Assembly: GCA_037447605.1 (NCBI GenBank)
Contig: CM074822.1
Coordinates: forward strand, 1-64,000
DNA length: 64,000 bases
Direction: 5' to 3'
Origin: Zygnema circumcarinatum SAG 698-1b
Taxonomy: Eukaryota > Plantae > Zygnematophyceae
Below are positions 13,940-24,703 of this stretch, piece by piece. The notes under the pieces were generated by a model that searched no databases, was not told where the DNA came from, and saw nothing but the letters and a program-made list of their open reading frames with translations. Every line of letters begins with the position of its first letter. The first letter of the stretch is position 1. A program made the translations under genes and the position numbers.

Positions 13940-15514
13940 TCAGTTCCTCATGGGCCCTAGCCCAATCAACCTACTGTTCACTAGTAGTGTCTCCCCGATG
14001 ACCCCCTTAGTCAACATGTCTGCAGCCTGCTCTTTTGTTCCTACAAACTTCACCACTATCATCCCTTCCTCTACTAACTCTCGCACATAATGATATTGCA
14101 CCCTAATGTGCTTGGTTCTTTTATGGAACACAGGGTTTTCCATAAGAGCTATAGATGACTGGTTGTCCGTAAAAAGAGTCAATGGTGTTTGTGGTCGCTT
14201 ACATTCATCAAAGAAATGTTGGAACCACATCCCCTCCTTTGCTGCGTGGCACGCTCCCATGTACTCTCCTTCGGTGCTCGACAGCGCCACCGAATCTTGT
14301 AACTTCGAGCTCCATGAGATCGCGCCTCCTCCGTTCAGGAGCACAAATCCTGACGTCGATCGTGACGTGTCCACGTCACCTCCCCAATCTGAGTCGGTGT
14401 ATCCGATCACTCTAGTCGGCCCCCTCTCAATCCTGAGGCCGTAATCCTTGGACCCTTTCACGAATCTGAAGATCCGCTTCACGGCCTCCCATTGTTCAGG
14501 ACCGGGATTCTCCATGAACCGACTTGCTGAGCTCACGGCTTTTGCCAAGTCAGGACGAGTACCTATCATCAGATACATTAAACTCCCGATTGCCGATCTG
14601 TACGGCACTCCGTACATTCTCTGTACCTCCGCATCTGTCGCAGGCATCATATCTTTCGACAATCGCGTTCCGATCTCCATCGGACTCGAGCAAGGACGGC
14701 ACTCCTCCATTTTGAACCTGGCAAGTACATCTGCGGCGTGCTTCTTCGACGAAGAAATAAAGTTGCCCGTCACGCCCCCTCTTCCAACTTCATTCCTAGG
14801 AGATCTGGCATTGCCTCCCCTAGATCCATTTTATTTTGAAGTTAACTTCAAAAGGCATTTCAAATCATTGATTCTCTCCAATGAGAGGCTCACCATTATG
14901 AGGTCGTCCACGTAGATCCCAACGTACATGAGATCCGCCTCTTCCCCTTGTCGGTAGACGGAATGATCCGTCTCGAATCGCGCAAATCCGTTACTCCTCA
15001 AGAGGTCATCAATTTTCTCGTACCAAATCCTGGGCGCCTGTTTCAGTCCGTACAGACTTTTCACAAGACGACAAACGAGATGCTCCTGCCCCGGGACAAC
15101 TTTCCCTTCGGGCTGTACCATGTAGATCTCCTCAGCGAGATCTCCGTACAGAAATGCGGTCTTGATATCGAGTTGATGTACGTGCATCCCCTCGGCCGCT
15201 GCAATCGATATTAGGGCACGGAGGGAGTTGAACTTCACCACGGGGGCGAAGGTCTCCGTGTAGTCGATTCCGTACGCCTGGCTGAAGCCCTTCGCCACCA
15301 GCCGCGCCTTGTATCGGTCGACACTCCCGTCCGCCTTTCGCTTCACCTTGAACACCCACTTGCATCCAATGGCCCTCCTTCCCCTCGGCAGCTCCTCAAG
15401 TCGCCATGTGCCGTTCTCCAGCAAACTGTCCCATTCGCTGTCGATTGCTGCTCGCCACTTCTCTCCATCGACCCCGTCGTGCGCTTCCTCAAAGGTTTGC
15501 GGTTCGGTGATCAT
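13940..15514 (-). pseudogene. Copia reverse transcriptase + RNase H (frame broken near 14770-14830)
   Basis: EPQTFEEA, IGCKWVFKVK, YKARLVAKGFSQ, HQLDIKTAFL, LYGLKQAPR, YVDDL, YRSAIGSLMY, GYTDSDWGGD, STEGEY and TKHIRVQYHYVRE motifs. Confidence 0.95.
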
Positions 15515-17120
15515 AAAACAGTGGGCAGCTCCTTCGAGGTCGGCCCGAGTCGTAGAGGCACTCTTTCGTACTAGATTGATGCAGCGAAGGCTGTAGTGAT
15601 CAGGCCTCCCTCACCTACCAGGTGCTCCTCCGAGGTCGCCTGGCTCTCCGGCTCCTGCGTGTTGAAAATCCCGGGACAAACCGGAGGCATGCTTTCGGCA
15701 ACCGCCAGCCTCTTTCTCGGCCGTCTCCAAATCCTCAGACTCCTGCCCATGCAAAGGTACAGTTTCGGCCGAGTTCTCCTCGTCGGACAGGTGAGTGTGT
15801 AGTGGTGCCGTCTCCGTCGAAGGTTGCGGCTCCCCCGCTTGCGGCTCCTCGGGTTCAACTCCCACGGCCGCTTCCACGTTCGGCGTTGCTTCAAGCTCAG
15901 CTCCCGCGCTCTCAGGCGTGCTGATCTCCTCTGAAGCTGTGACCTGAGAGGCGTCCATGCCCTCTTCGCTGGTCTCCACATCCTCGCATACAATTTCCAA
16001 CCTGTCTTTGGGGTGCGGTCTCACTCTAGCCGAAGTCACCTTCTCGCCCACTGTGAACGCTCTCGAAGCCGCGACTTCGCTTGCTCGAGGATTCCAGCTA
16101 ATCTCGTGAGGTGCTTACTGTCTATGTTGTAGCCGAAGGTACCTTCCACTGCCCGGGTCGAACTTTCTGCTCCTTCTTCTCGCATCGCTTTAATCAGCAA
16201 ATGTAAGGCTTCCAAAGGTCTTGTGGACAATCGGGTTTCTCCCACTCACACCTCTTCGTGAACCCTCGGGACCTAAGCACGTAAGATAAGCATCTATTTC
16301 TATGTAAGTTGCGTCATCACCGCCTCCCCAAAAAGATGCCTGAAGGGGAATCTATCAAAGATGGTTCGTGCTATGTCCCCAAATTGGCCCTATTGACCCT
16401 CTCAAGAGCTCCATTACTTTGAGGAGAGTAAGGAGATAAAATTCATGCCTTATTCATGAAAGCCTTCAAGTACCCGGCCAACTCCTTCACTTGAATTCCT
16501 CCGTTGTCTGAGCCAGCTGCCTTCAGTTTTCTAATCGCCTCTCGCCCATCCGAAGTTCCGCTAATCTCCTCAAAAGGTTCAAAGCTTCTCGTGACTTGTA
16601 CTTGGAGAATTTTCACCCAAATATTCCTCGAAAAATCATCGAGGAAGGTGATGAAGTAGCGAGCTCCTCCGCTCGTTGCCGGTGTCACGGGGCCACACAA
16701 ATCGGTATGTACCAATTCCAGTTTCTCCTGCGCGTGAAATGATTCCTCTCCACTCCTCGAAAAGGGTCTCCGATGCGCCTTCCCCTCTACACACTCTTTG
16801 CAAAAGCCTAGCTCCTTCTCAACTATGTCAATGTCTAACCCGCGTACCAGCCCCCTTGTAGCAAGCTGTTGCAGTCCCCTATGGTTTAGATGACCAAGTC
16901 TACGATGCCAGAGATTTACTGCACCCTCAGTTACGGCCATCACACCCTCATCTTCTTCTCTCCTATAATGAAGGTAATATAGGCCTCCCTTCTCGTACCC
17001 CTCAAACAGCCGCTTCCCCGACTCCAAGTGAGTGGCTACGCAAGACTTCTCCTTAAAGGTGACTTCGTACCCCCTCTTACATACTTGACTAACAGACATG
17101 AAGTTCTGTTTCAGGTCAGG
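15515..17120 (-). pseudogene. Copia GAG-pre-integrase, integrase core and acidic C-terminal linker (many indels at 16050-16620)
   Basis: LWHRRLGHLN...CKECVEGK (HHCC zinc finger), LELVHTDLCGP, FITFLDDFSR and SDNGG; colinear with the copy at 21000-22400. Confidence 0.9.
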
Positions 17121-19864
17121 TGTAGCGAACTGAACGCTACAGACACCACGGTGCCGCCGGCATCCTGAGGATCTCCGTACGGTTCGGCCGTACAAGCCGT
17201 CCGTACAGTTGTACGGTGTAGCCGTACGGATTCGTACCACTCGTACGGACGGTACGGACTGACGGCGATTCTGCGGCGTCGCGCGTCGCGTTCGAGATCG
17301 GAACGCGACCACGACCGCCGGTCGCTATACGGAGTGACGTGTCACGGTCACACATTGGGAATGCTGGTGACCGTGACCGGCCTCTCATACAACTGGCATT
17401 GGACCAGCCGATTGGCCACGTGGCATAGCGCCATTGGCTAGCCCTGCTCCCGGTCCCTTACGCTGGTAAAGGGTTCGACGGGGGGAGCGTATAAGGGGCG
17501 TGGGATGAATGCAAGAGGGGGTCCTGGGAAGGGGGCACTTGCAATTGTTCCAGAAACCAGCATTACGTTTAAGTGACTTAGTCTCTAGCAGGCTTTGGGT
17601 GTTGTGCTCAAGGCTTGTTACATTTTGGTATCAGAGCTTGTGTTTCTCTTGCTAGGATTGTTTGTGCAATGAAGGCATTTCCAGAATTTCCGCCTTTTCC
17701 GCCTTCCAGCCCTGAGGACCAAGAGGACCACCCGATGGAGGAGAATCCAGAGGGGGATGAGACGACAAATCCACGGGGTCCTTCTCTCATCGACTACAGC
17801 CCGTCTCCTTGCAGCAGCCCGGAGCAAGCGCCTCCTGCACCCATTCAGAATGATCCTCCACCGCCACCTGCGGCTGAGACGAACATCACTGCCGGAGCAG
17901 CCTTGAACCTTCAGAAAGACGTGCGAGGGGTTCAGGCCAAGATTGGTCAGTACGAGACTCTCCTTGTGACCCAAAGACAGGAGATGGCGCAGATGGAGCG
18001 CAACGTTCAAAAGAAGATGGACAAGCTTCGTGCGGACCTACGAGGGGATTTGGCCCTCGCCATGAAGAACTTGACGGCAGCAAAAGGTACGTCCAACATT
18101 CCCCAGGCCGACGCCGTTGAGGTAGAGAAAGATCTACCTGGGGTAGCTGATGGGGTAGCACCATCAAATGCCACGAGAACTGCGACCCAACCTGTTGCCT
18201 CAAACAGCAGACGGTCGTCTGGACCCCCTGCCTCTTCTACAGGGGGGAGTCATCCCAACGGGGGTGGCGCACCTTCCAGTGGTGGTGGATCCCCTTCGGG
18301 ATCGCCCTCTGGTGATGGGGGACTTCCTGGAACAGGATCCGGCCCCTTGGTCCCTCCTCAAGATTGGTCTTTGAGGAACAGGGCCAAGGTAACCCCCATT
18401 TCTCCTTGGGGAGAACACCCTGCAACCGACTGTTCTATTGAACAGTGGTTGGGCCAAGTGAAGGGTTACCTTCACGCCACGAATTGCCCACAGAAGGAGT
18501 GGGTGAATTTTTCCTATCCATCACTTCGCGGCGATGCCTATCGTGTATACGAGAGCTTAGCCACTAAGATTGGGAGTGATTGGGAGAAATTCCGCAAGGA
18601 ACTTGAGCGTCATTTTGGGGTTTTGGATCCTGGAATGGAAGCGCGTCAAAGGTACCACAGTATGGTACAAACTGGTAGTGCCAAGAAGTTCTTGCGAGAT
18701 CTGCGTATGACGGTGTCACTCATTAAGACACATCGTCCTACTGATGAAGCAGTGTTTTATCACTTCTGGATGGGCCTGAAGCCGCATTTGACGAAGGAAT
18801 TGCGATTAAATCCACGTACATCTCAACCGTGGGAGCCCGTGGATGCAGAATTCTTCTATGCGGCGGCTTTGCAAGCTGATTCCTTTCCTGGCGGCAGCGC
18901 CGGGCCTTCACGTCCACCACCTCCAGAGGCAGACCGGAAGCTCTTCCCTTTATTTCCAAAGCTTAAGGGGGCGAATCCGCAAAAGAGGAAGCCGAGTGCA
19001 ACCTCTGCCCCACAGCCTTCTGCGAAGGTGCAGAAGCTTACTCCAGAGGAAATGGAGAAGATGAAGAAGGACGGACGTTGTTTCCGATGCCGACAGTCTG
19101 GCCATATGGCGAAAGATTGTCCGCAGAGTCTCAAGGGACAAAGAAGGGAAAAGGGCCGGAAAACGGCACACCACCAGCAGTGTAGGAGTCGCTGCGGGTG
19201 GAGAAGATGGATTAAGGATTGCAGCTGCTGCCATCAGTTCTAGAGGCTTGCTTGTACCACAACCTCTTGATATTCTGAATGTGATGGGCAGACAGCCGGA
19301 TGACCATGATGTATTTGTGACTTTGTGTCCTGAGCATCTAAATGTGATTCCATTCTCGATTTCCTTAATCGTGACTCCTGACTCTTTCATGAATGTTGTG
19401 ATGAATGGAGAACAATTTTGACCTGCTTGGATTTTGAACCGTCCGTACAGTCGTACGGTGTAGCCGTACGGATTCGTACCACCCGTACGGACGGTACGGA
19501 CTGACGGCGATTCTGCGGCGTCGCGCGTCGCGTTCGAGATCGGAACGCGACCACGACCGCCGGTCGCTATACGGAGTGACGTGTCACGGTCACACATTGG
19601 GAATGCTGGTGACCGTGACCGGCCTCTCATACAACTGGCATTGGACCAGCCGATTGGCCACGTGGCATAGCGCCATTGGCTAGCCCTGCTCCCGGTCCCT
19701 TACGCTGGTAAAGGGTTCGACGGGGGGAGCGTATAAGGGGCGTGGGATGAATGCAAGAGGGGGTCCTGGGAAGGGGGCACTTGCAATTGTTCCAGAAACC
19801 AGCATTACGTTTAAGTGACTTAGTCTCTAGCAGGCTTTGGGTGTTGTGCTCAAGGCTTGTTACA
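17121..19864 (+). mobile_element. Nested Ty3/gypsy-type LTR retroelement, gag only (pol, PPT and start of 3' LTR deleted)
   Basis: TGTAGC...GTTACA termini; TSD TCAGG at 17116-17120 and 19865-19869; 5' LTR 17121-17622; PBS TGGTATCAGAGC at 17626-17637; the 3' LTR (19439-19864) equals the last 426 bp of the 5' LTR. Confidence 0.93.
17669..19243 (+). CDS. Ty3/gypsy-type Gag (retrotransposon gag domain + CCHC zinc knuckle)
   Basis: First ATG after the PBS. IEQWLGQVKGYL...LRGDAYRVY...WEKFRKELERHF...YHSMVQTGS is a retrotransposon-gag-like core, followed by the knuckle CFRCRQSGHMAKDC. Confidence 0.85.
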   Translation: MKAFPEFPPFPPSSPEDQEDHPMEENPEGDETTNPRGPSLIDYSPSPCSSPEQAPPAPIQNDPPPPPAAETNITAGAALNLQKDVRGVQAKIGQYETLLVTQRQEMAQMERNVQKKMDKLRADLRGDLALAMKNLTAAKGTSNIPQADAVEVEKDLPGVADGVAPSNATRTATQPVASNSRRSSGPPASSTGGSHPNGGGAPSSGGGSPSGSPSGDGGLPGTGSGPLVPPQDWSLRNRAKVTPISPWGEHPATDCSIEQWLGQVKGYLHATNCPQKEWVNFSYPSLRGDAYRVYESLATKIGSDWEKFRKELERHFGVLDPGMEARQRYHSMVQTGSAKKFLRDLRMTVSLIKTHRPTDEAVFYHFWMGLKPHLTKELRLNPRTSQPWEPVDAEFFYAAALQADSFPGGSAGPSRPPPPEADRKLFPLFPKLKGANPQKRKPSATSAPQPSAKVQKLTPEEMEKMKKDGRCFRCRQSGHMAKDCPQSLKGQRREKGRKTAHHQQCRSRCGWRRWIKDCSCCHQF

Positions 19865-19980
19865 TCAGGGGTGTGAAGTACGTCACCGATGCACAACCGC
19901 TCTTCTCTTTCTTCTTCGTAGATGACAGAGCCGTCTCCGAGGATCATCTTTACTACTCCTCCTTTTGTAACTGTCACTCC

Positions 19981-22900
19981 TGTTGAAGCAGGGGTCTGCT
20001 CCCCACTTCCGGCGCCACCTCGGGTGTCGCCCTCCATTGGAACTTGAGTTCTCACGGATGAAGACATTCAAACACTCAAAGCTCTATCTTACTTCACTCA
20101 TCGCCCATAACAACAGAATGAAGCTAAAAGACAAGCACAGCGGAAATCACAATGAGAGAGTGTTAGGAGAAAGCTCACAGCTCTAAAACTCCTTATAATA
20201 AAACTGTCTTCCCACAATGAAGTTCTCCCACCACTTCAAGGTCCCTCTTACTCACTACCTCACGACACAAGTGTAGGCAGCCTAGCAGCACGAGCAGGTT
20301 CTGAGTAAGACCCAAGACTATGACAGAGTAGTGTAGGTGGTGTTTTTTCCATAATAAAACTACGCACTATATAATATGGCGTCCGTGACGTGACACACAT
20401 GTCACGTCCCNNNNNNNNNNGCGGTCTTGATATCAAGTTGATGTACGTGCATCCCCTCGGCCGCTGCAATCGATATTAGGGCACGGAGGGAGTTGAACTT
20501 CACCACGGGGGCGAAGGTCTCCGTGTAGTCGATTCCGTACGCCTGGCTGAAGCCCTTTGCCACCAGACGCGCCTTGTAACGGTCGACGCTCCCGTCCGCC
20601 TTTCGCTTCACCTTGAACACCCACTTGCATCCAATGGCCCTCCTTCCCCTCGGCAGCTCCTCAAGTCGCCACGTGCCGTTCTCTAGCAAACTGTCCCACT
20701 CGCTGTCAATCGCTGCTCGCCACTTCTCTCCATCGACCCCGTCGTGCGCCTCCTCAAAGGTTTGCGGTTCGGTGATCATGAAACAGTGGGCAGCTCCCGC
20801 GAGGTCCGCTGAGTCTGTAGGCACTCTTTCCTGTACTAGATTAGTCTGTGAAGGCCTGTAGTGATCAGGCCTCCTCACCACACGGGTGCTCCTCCGAGGT
20901 CCTTGCGCTCTCCGGCTCCTCGTGTTGAAGAAAATCCCCGGGACAAACCCGGGAGGCATGCTCGACAACATAGCCTCTTTTCTCGGCCGTCTCAATCCTC
21001 CGGACTCACACGCCCATGCAAAGGAGATGCGGTTTAGGCCGAGTTCTCCTGCGTCGGACGGTGAGTGTGTAGTGGTGCGTCTCGCGTTGAAGGTTGCGGC
21101 TCCCGGCTCGCGACTCCCAGCTGCGGCTCCTGGGGATTGACTCCCCGCGGCCGCTTCCGCGTTAGAAGCGTTGCTTCAAGCTTCGACTCGGCGCTCTGGT
21201 CGATCTCTCCCTCACATTTGTGACACGAGGCGTCCATGCCCTCTTAAGCTGGTCTCCACATCCTCGTACACGATTTCCAAACTGCCTTTGGGGTCTTGGT
21301 CTCACCTAATAGGAGTCACGCCCCTTCTAGTCCATGCGTCTCTCGGAAACTCACGCACTTCGTTTGCTCCGAGGATTCGCTACCATTGAGTGCAGCCCAT
21401 CCATGTTGTAGCAGAAGGTACCCTTCCACGGCTCGGGGGTCGAACTTTCTCTTCTGCCTCGCTTTCGGCACTGTCGACCAGTAGCGCGCTCCAAAGGTCT
21501 TCAGGTGGGACACCGTGGGTTTCCTCCCACTCCACACCTCTTCAGGAACCTGATCTTTAAGCACAGAAGATGGGCATCTATTTCTAAGGTAAGTTGCGGT
21601 CATCACCGCCTCTCCCCAAAAGGATGCCGGGAAGGCGGAATCTATCAGCATGGTACATGCCATGTCCCCCGGCGTCCTATTGACCTCTCGGCAGCTCCAT
21701 TACTTTGAGGGGTAGAGCGGAAAATTCATGCCTTATTCCGCGAGCCTTTAAGTACCCGCCGAACTCCTTCGACTTGAATTCCCCTCCGTTGTCTGAGCGC
21801 AGCGTCTTCAGTTTCTGACCGCTCTCTCGCTCCATCTGAGTCTGCCAATCTCTGAAAGCTCCGAAAGCTTCAGACTTGTACTTGAGAATTTTCACCCAAT
21901 TTTCCTCGAAAAATCATCAAGGAAGGTGATGAAGTAGCGAGCTCCTCCACTCGTTGCCGGTGTCACGGGGCCACACAAATCGGTATGTACCAATTCCAGT
22001 TTCTCCTGCGCGTGAAATGACTCCTCTCCACTCCTCGAAAAGGGTCTCCGATGCGCCTTCCCCTCTACACACTCTTTGCAAAAGCCTAGCTCCTTCTCAA
22101 CTATGTCAATGTCTAACCCGCGTACCAGCCCCCTTGTAGCAAGCTGTTGCAGTCCCCTATGGTTTAGATGACCAAGTCTACGATGCCAGAGATTTACTGC
22201 ACCCTCAGTTACGGCCATCACACCCTCATCTTCTTCTCTCCTATAATGAAGGTAATATAGGCCTCCCTTCTCGTACCCCTCAAACAGCCGCTTCCCCGAC
22301 TCCAAGTGAGTGGCTACGCAAGACTTCTCCTTAAAGGTGACTTCGTACCCCCTCTTACATACTTGACTAACAGACATGAAGTTCTGTTTCAGGTCAGGGG
22401 TGTGAAGTACGTCACCGATGCACAACCGCTCTTCTCTTTCTTCTTAGTAGATGATGGCCGAGCCGTCTCAGGGATCATCTTTCTTACTCCTCCTTTAAAT
22501 GCTTGTCACTCCTCTCCGGTTGCCGAGTGAGCGGTCGGGTCCTCCAAGGTGTCCGGCGTAGAGAACATTAAGCTTGTCGCCACACGTAATGCGTGGGCGC
22601 GGAGGAGTCGATCGTACATGGCGGCGGATCATAACCTGGATCTTCCCAACAAAATCAGAATGTTCAGTCAGCATGAGATTCGTCTCCACCGCCACTCTGC
22701 AATCTGTGCTCTTGTGGCCTCGCTTCTTGCATTTGAAGCAGATTCCCTTGAATCCCTTCTTGACGGATGACGATGCTCCTCCACCCCGATCTTGGGTGTT
22801 CTTGTTCTTGTAACAGTCGGCCGAGAAGTGGCCCGTCTTGCCGCACGTGTAACACGCTCCCGCAGGGGCGTTCCCCACGGTCTGCTCTCGGCGCACTTCC

Positions 22901-24596
22901 TCTTCGAACTTGTCGTGAGTGCAACGCCAACACCTTCTCCACGGTGCCTCCAACGTCTTGGACAGTGTTCTCCTCCTTGATCCTTCGTTCCCTTGCTCAA
23001 GGGTCATCGGTGTTTGTTAGAGCAGTCTAAGAGGCTGCAAGCTACGCGCTACATCAGGTCGGCGGGGCAGTCCCCTAAGCCCGGCTGATTTTATGGTCTC
23101 CCTCTAACGGTTTTTGCAGCGCTATGAATCTCTCCATTAGAGTATCAAATCTGACCATATATTCACTCAGCTTCTCTTCCGAGGACATCTTCATTTTCCC
23201 AAGCTGCGTGTAAAGGCTGACTATCGTTACGTTATCCTTTACGTCATACATCTCCTCTAAGCATCTCCACATAGCATGTGAAGTCTTAAGGTCATACAGC
23301 ATGGAAGAGGGACTTCCCCTCACGCTCATGACGATCTGGGTGAGGGCCTTGTTGTCCTTGGTCCTCCATCTGGCGAGCGCTGTGACGAACTCCGACTGCC
23401 GCTCCGCCATGGCTCCCTCCGGCTGCACCGGTGCCTTGATCGTGCCGTCAACGTACCCCAACAGCCCCTTGCCCACAAGCAAAGGAACCAGCCGCCATCT
23501 CCACCCCTTGTAGTCCGAACCATCGAACGCTGGGATGCTGAACTTCACGTGGTCCTCCTCGCCACCTTGGGCTCTGATACCACTTGTTGAAGCAGGGGTC
23601 TGCTCCCCACTTCCGGCGCCACCTCGGGTGTCGCCCTCCATTGGAACTTGAGTTCCCACGGATGAAGACATTCAAACACTCAAAGCTCTATCTTACTTCA
23701 CTCATCGCCCATAACAACAGAATGAAGCTAAAAGACAAGCACAGCGGAAATCACAATGAGAGAGTGTTAGGAGAAAGCTCACAGCTCTAAAACTCCTTAT
23801 AATAAAACTGTCTTCCCACAATGAAGTTCTCCCACCACTTCAAGGTCCCTCTTACTCACTACCTCACGACACAAGTGTAGGCAGCCTAGCAGCACGAGCA
23901 GGTTCTGAGTAAGACCCGAGACTATGACAGAGTAGTGTAGGTGGTGTTTTTTCCATAATAAAACTACGCACTATATAATATGGCGTCCGTGACGTGACAC
24001 ACATGTCACGTCCCGTCCGCCATTGCAAACCCATGCACCGAGTCTGAGTGGGCGCACTCAGAAATAGCGACTAGCTAGCTGCCTCGTAAACCTACGGCGG
24101 CGCCGACCTAGTTCTTGTCGGATCATTGCATCGCGTCCCAGGTACTGACTAGCCGTTCGCCCGGCCTCCTTAGCGCTGATCTTAAGCCCGTAGACATCTG
24201 TTGCGTACCTCGAACTTCGCGGACCCACATGGCGAGTGGTCCACGATTGGCGCATTCGGTTAGCCACCAAAAATCTTCCATGTGGATTTCGTAGCAACTT
24301 CTTTCAGCGTTTCGCTTGTCGCGTATCAGTCGTAGCGGCGTCACGACGCCGTAGTCGGCGGCCGGCCTCGACGATCAAAGTTCGCATTAGGTACTCCCTT
24401 ACTTGTGTCACCACGCTGACCCAATCGGCGCTTTCGTTCGTTACTCAGCGCTTTTCATGGCGCACTCCTAAGTCGAACACCGACATTACTAAATCTAAGA
24501 GCACTACGCCTAGCAGATCTCATGTTCTACAAACTGAGTACCACAACAAGTTAGTGTGTGCCATACAATGTCTAACTATCATACACTAACACTAAA
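19981..24596 (-). mobile_element. Inner Ty1/copia element of the same family nested in the protease region of the outer copy (N gap 20411-20420 hides most of RT/RH)
   Basis: 5' LTR ~23585-24596, PBS 23571-23582, gag 23075-23671, zinc knuckles, integrase, RT start at 20421-20780, 3' LTR remnant 19981-20410. Flanks ACTCC (19976-19980) and ACTCT/CC (~24596-24603, noisy) correspond to the single ACTCC at 22508-22512 in uninterrupted sequence. Confidence 0.88.
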
Positions 24597-24703
24597 CTCT
24601 CCCACTATAGGTTGCGAGAGTGAGCAGTCTGATTATATACTCCCGAGGTGTCCGGTAAGAGAACATTAAGCTTGTCGCCACACGTAATGAGTAAGGCGCC
24701 CGG

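Noticed and set aside
16050-16620. Dense frameshifts in copia pol (also 14770-14830, 20890-21300, 22430-22640, 24120-24780) as programmed recoding or ancient decay
   Set aside because: The indels are confined to patches while adjacent sequence is nearly identical between copies, consistent with low-quality consensus. Element intactness cannot be judged here.
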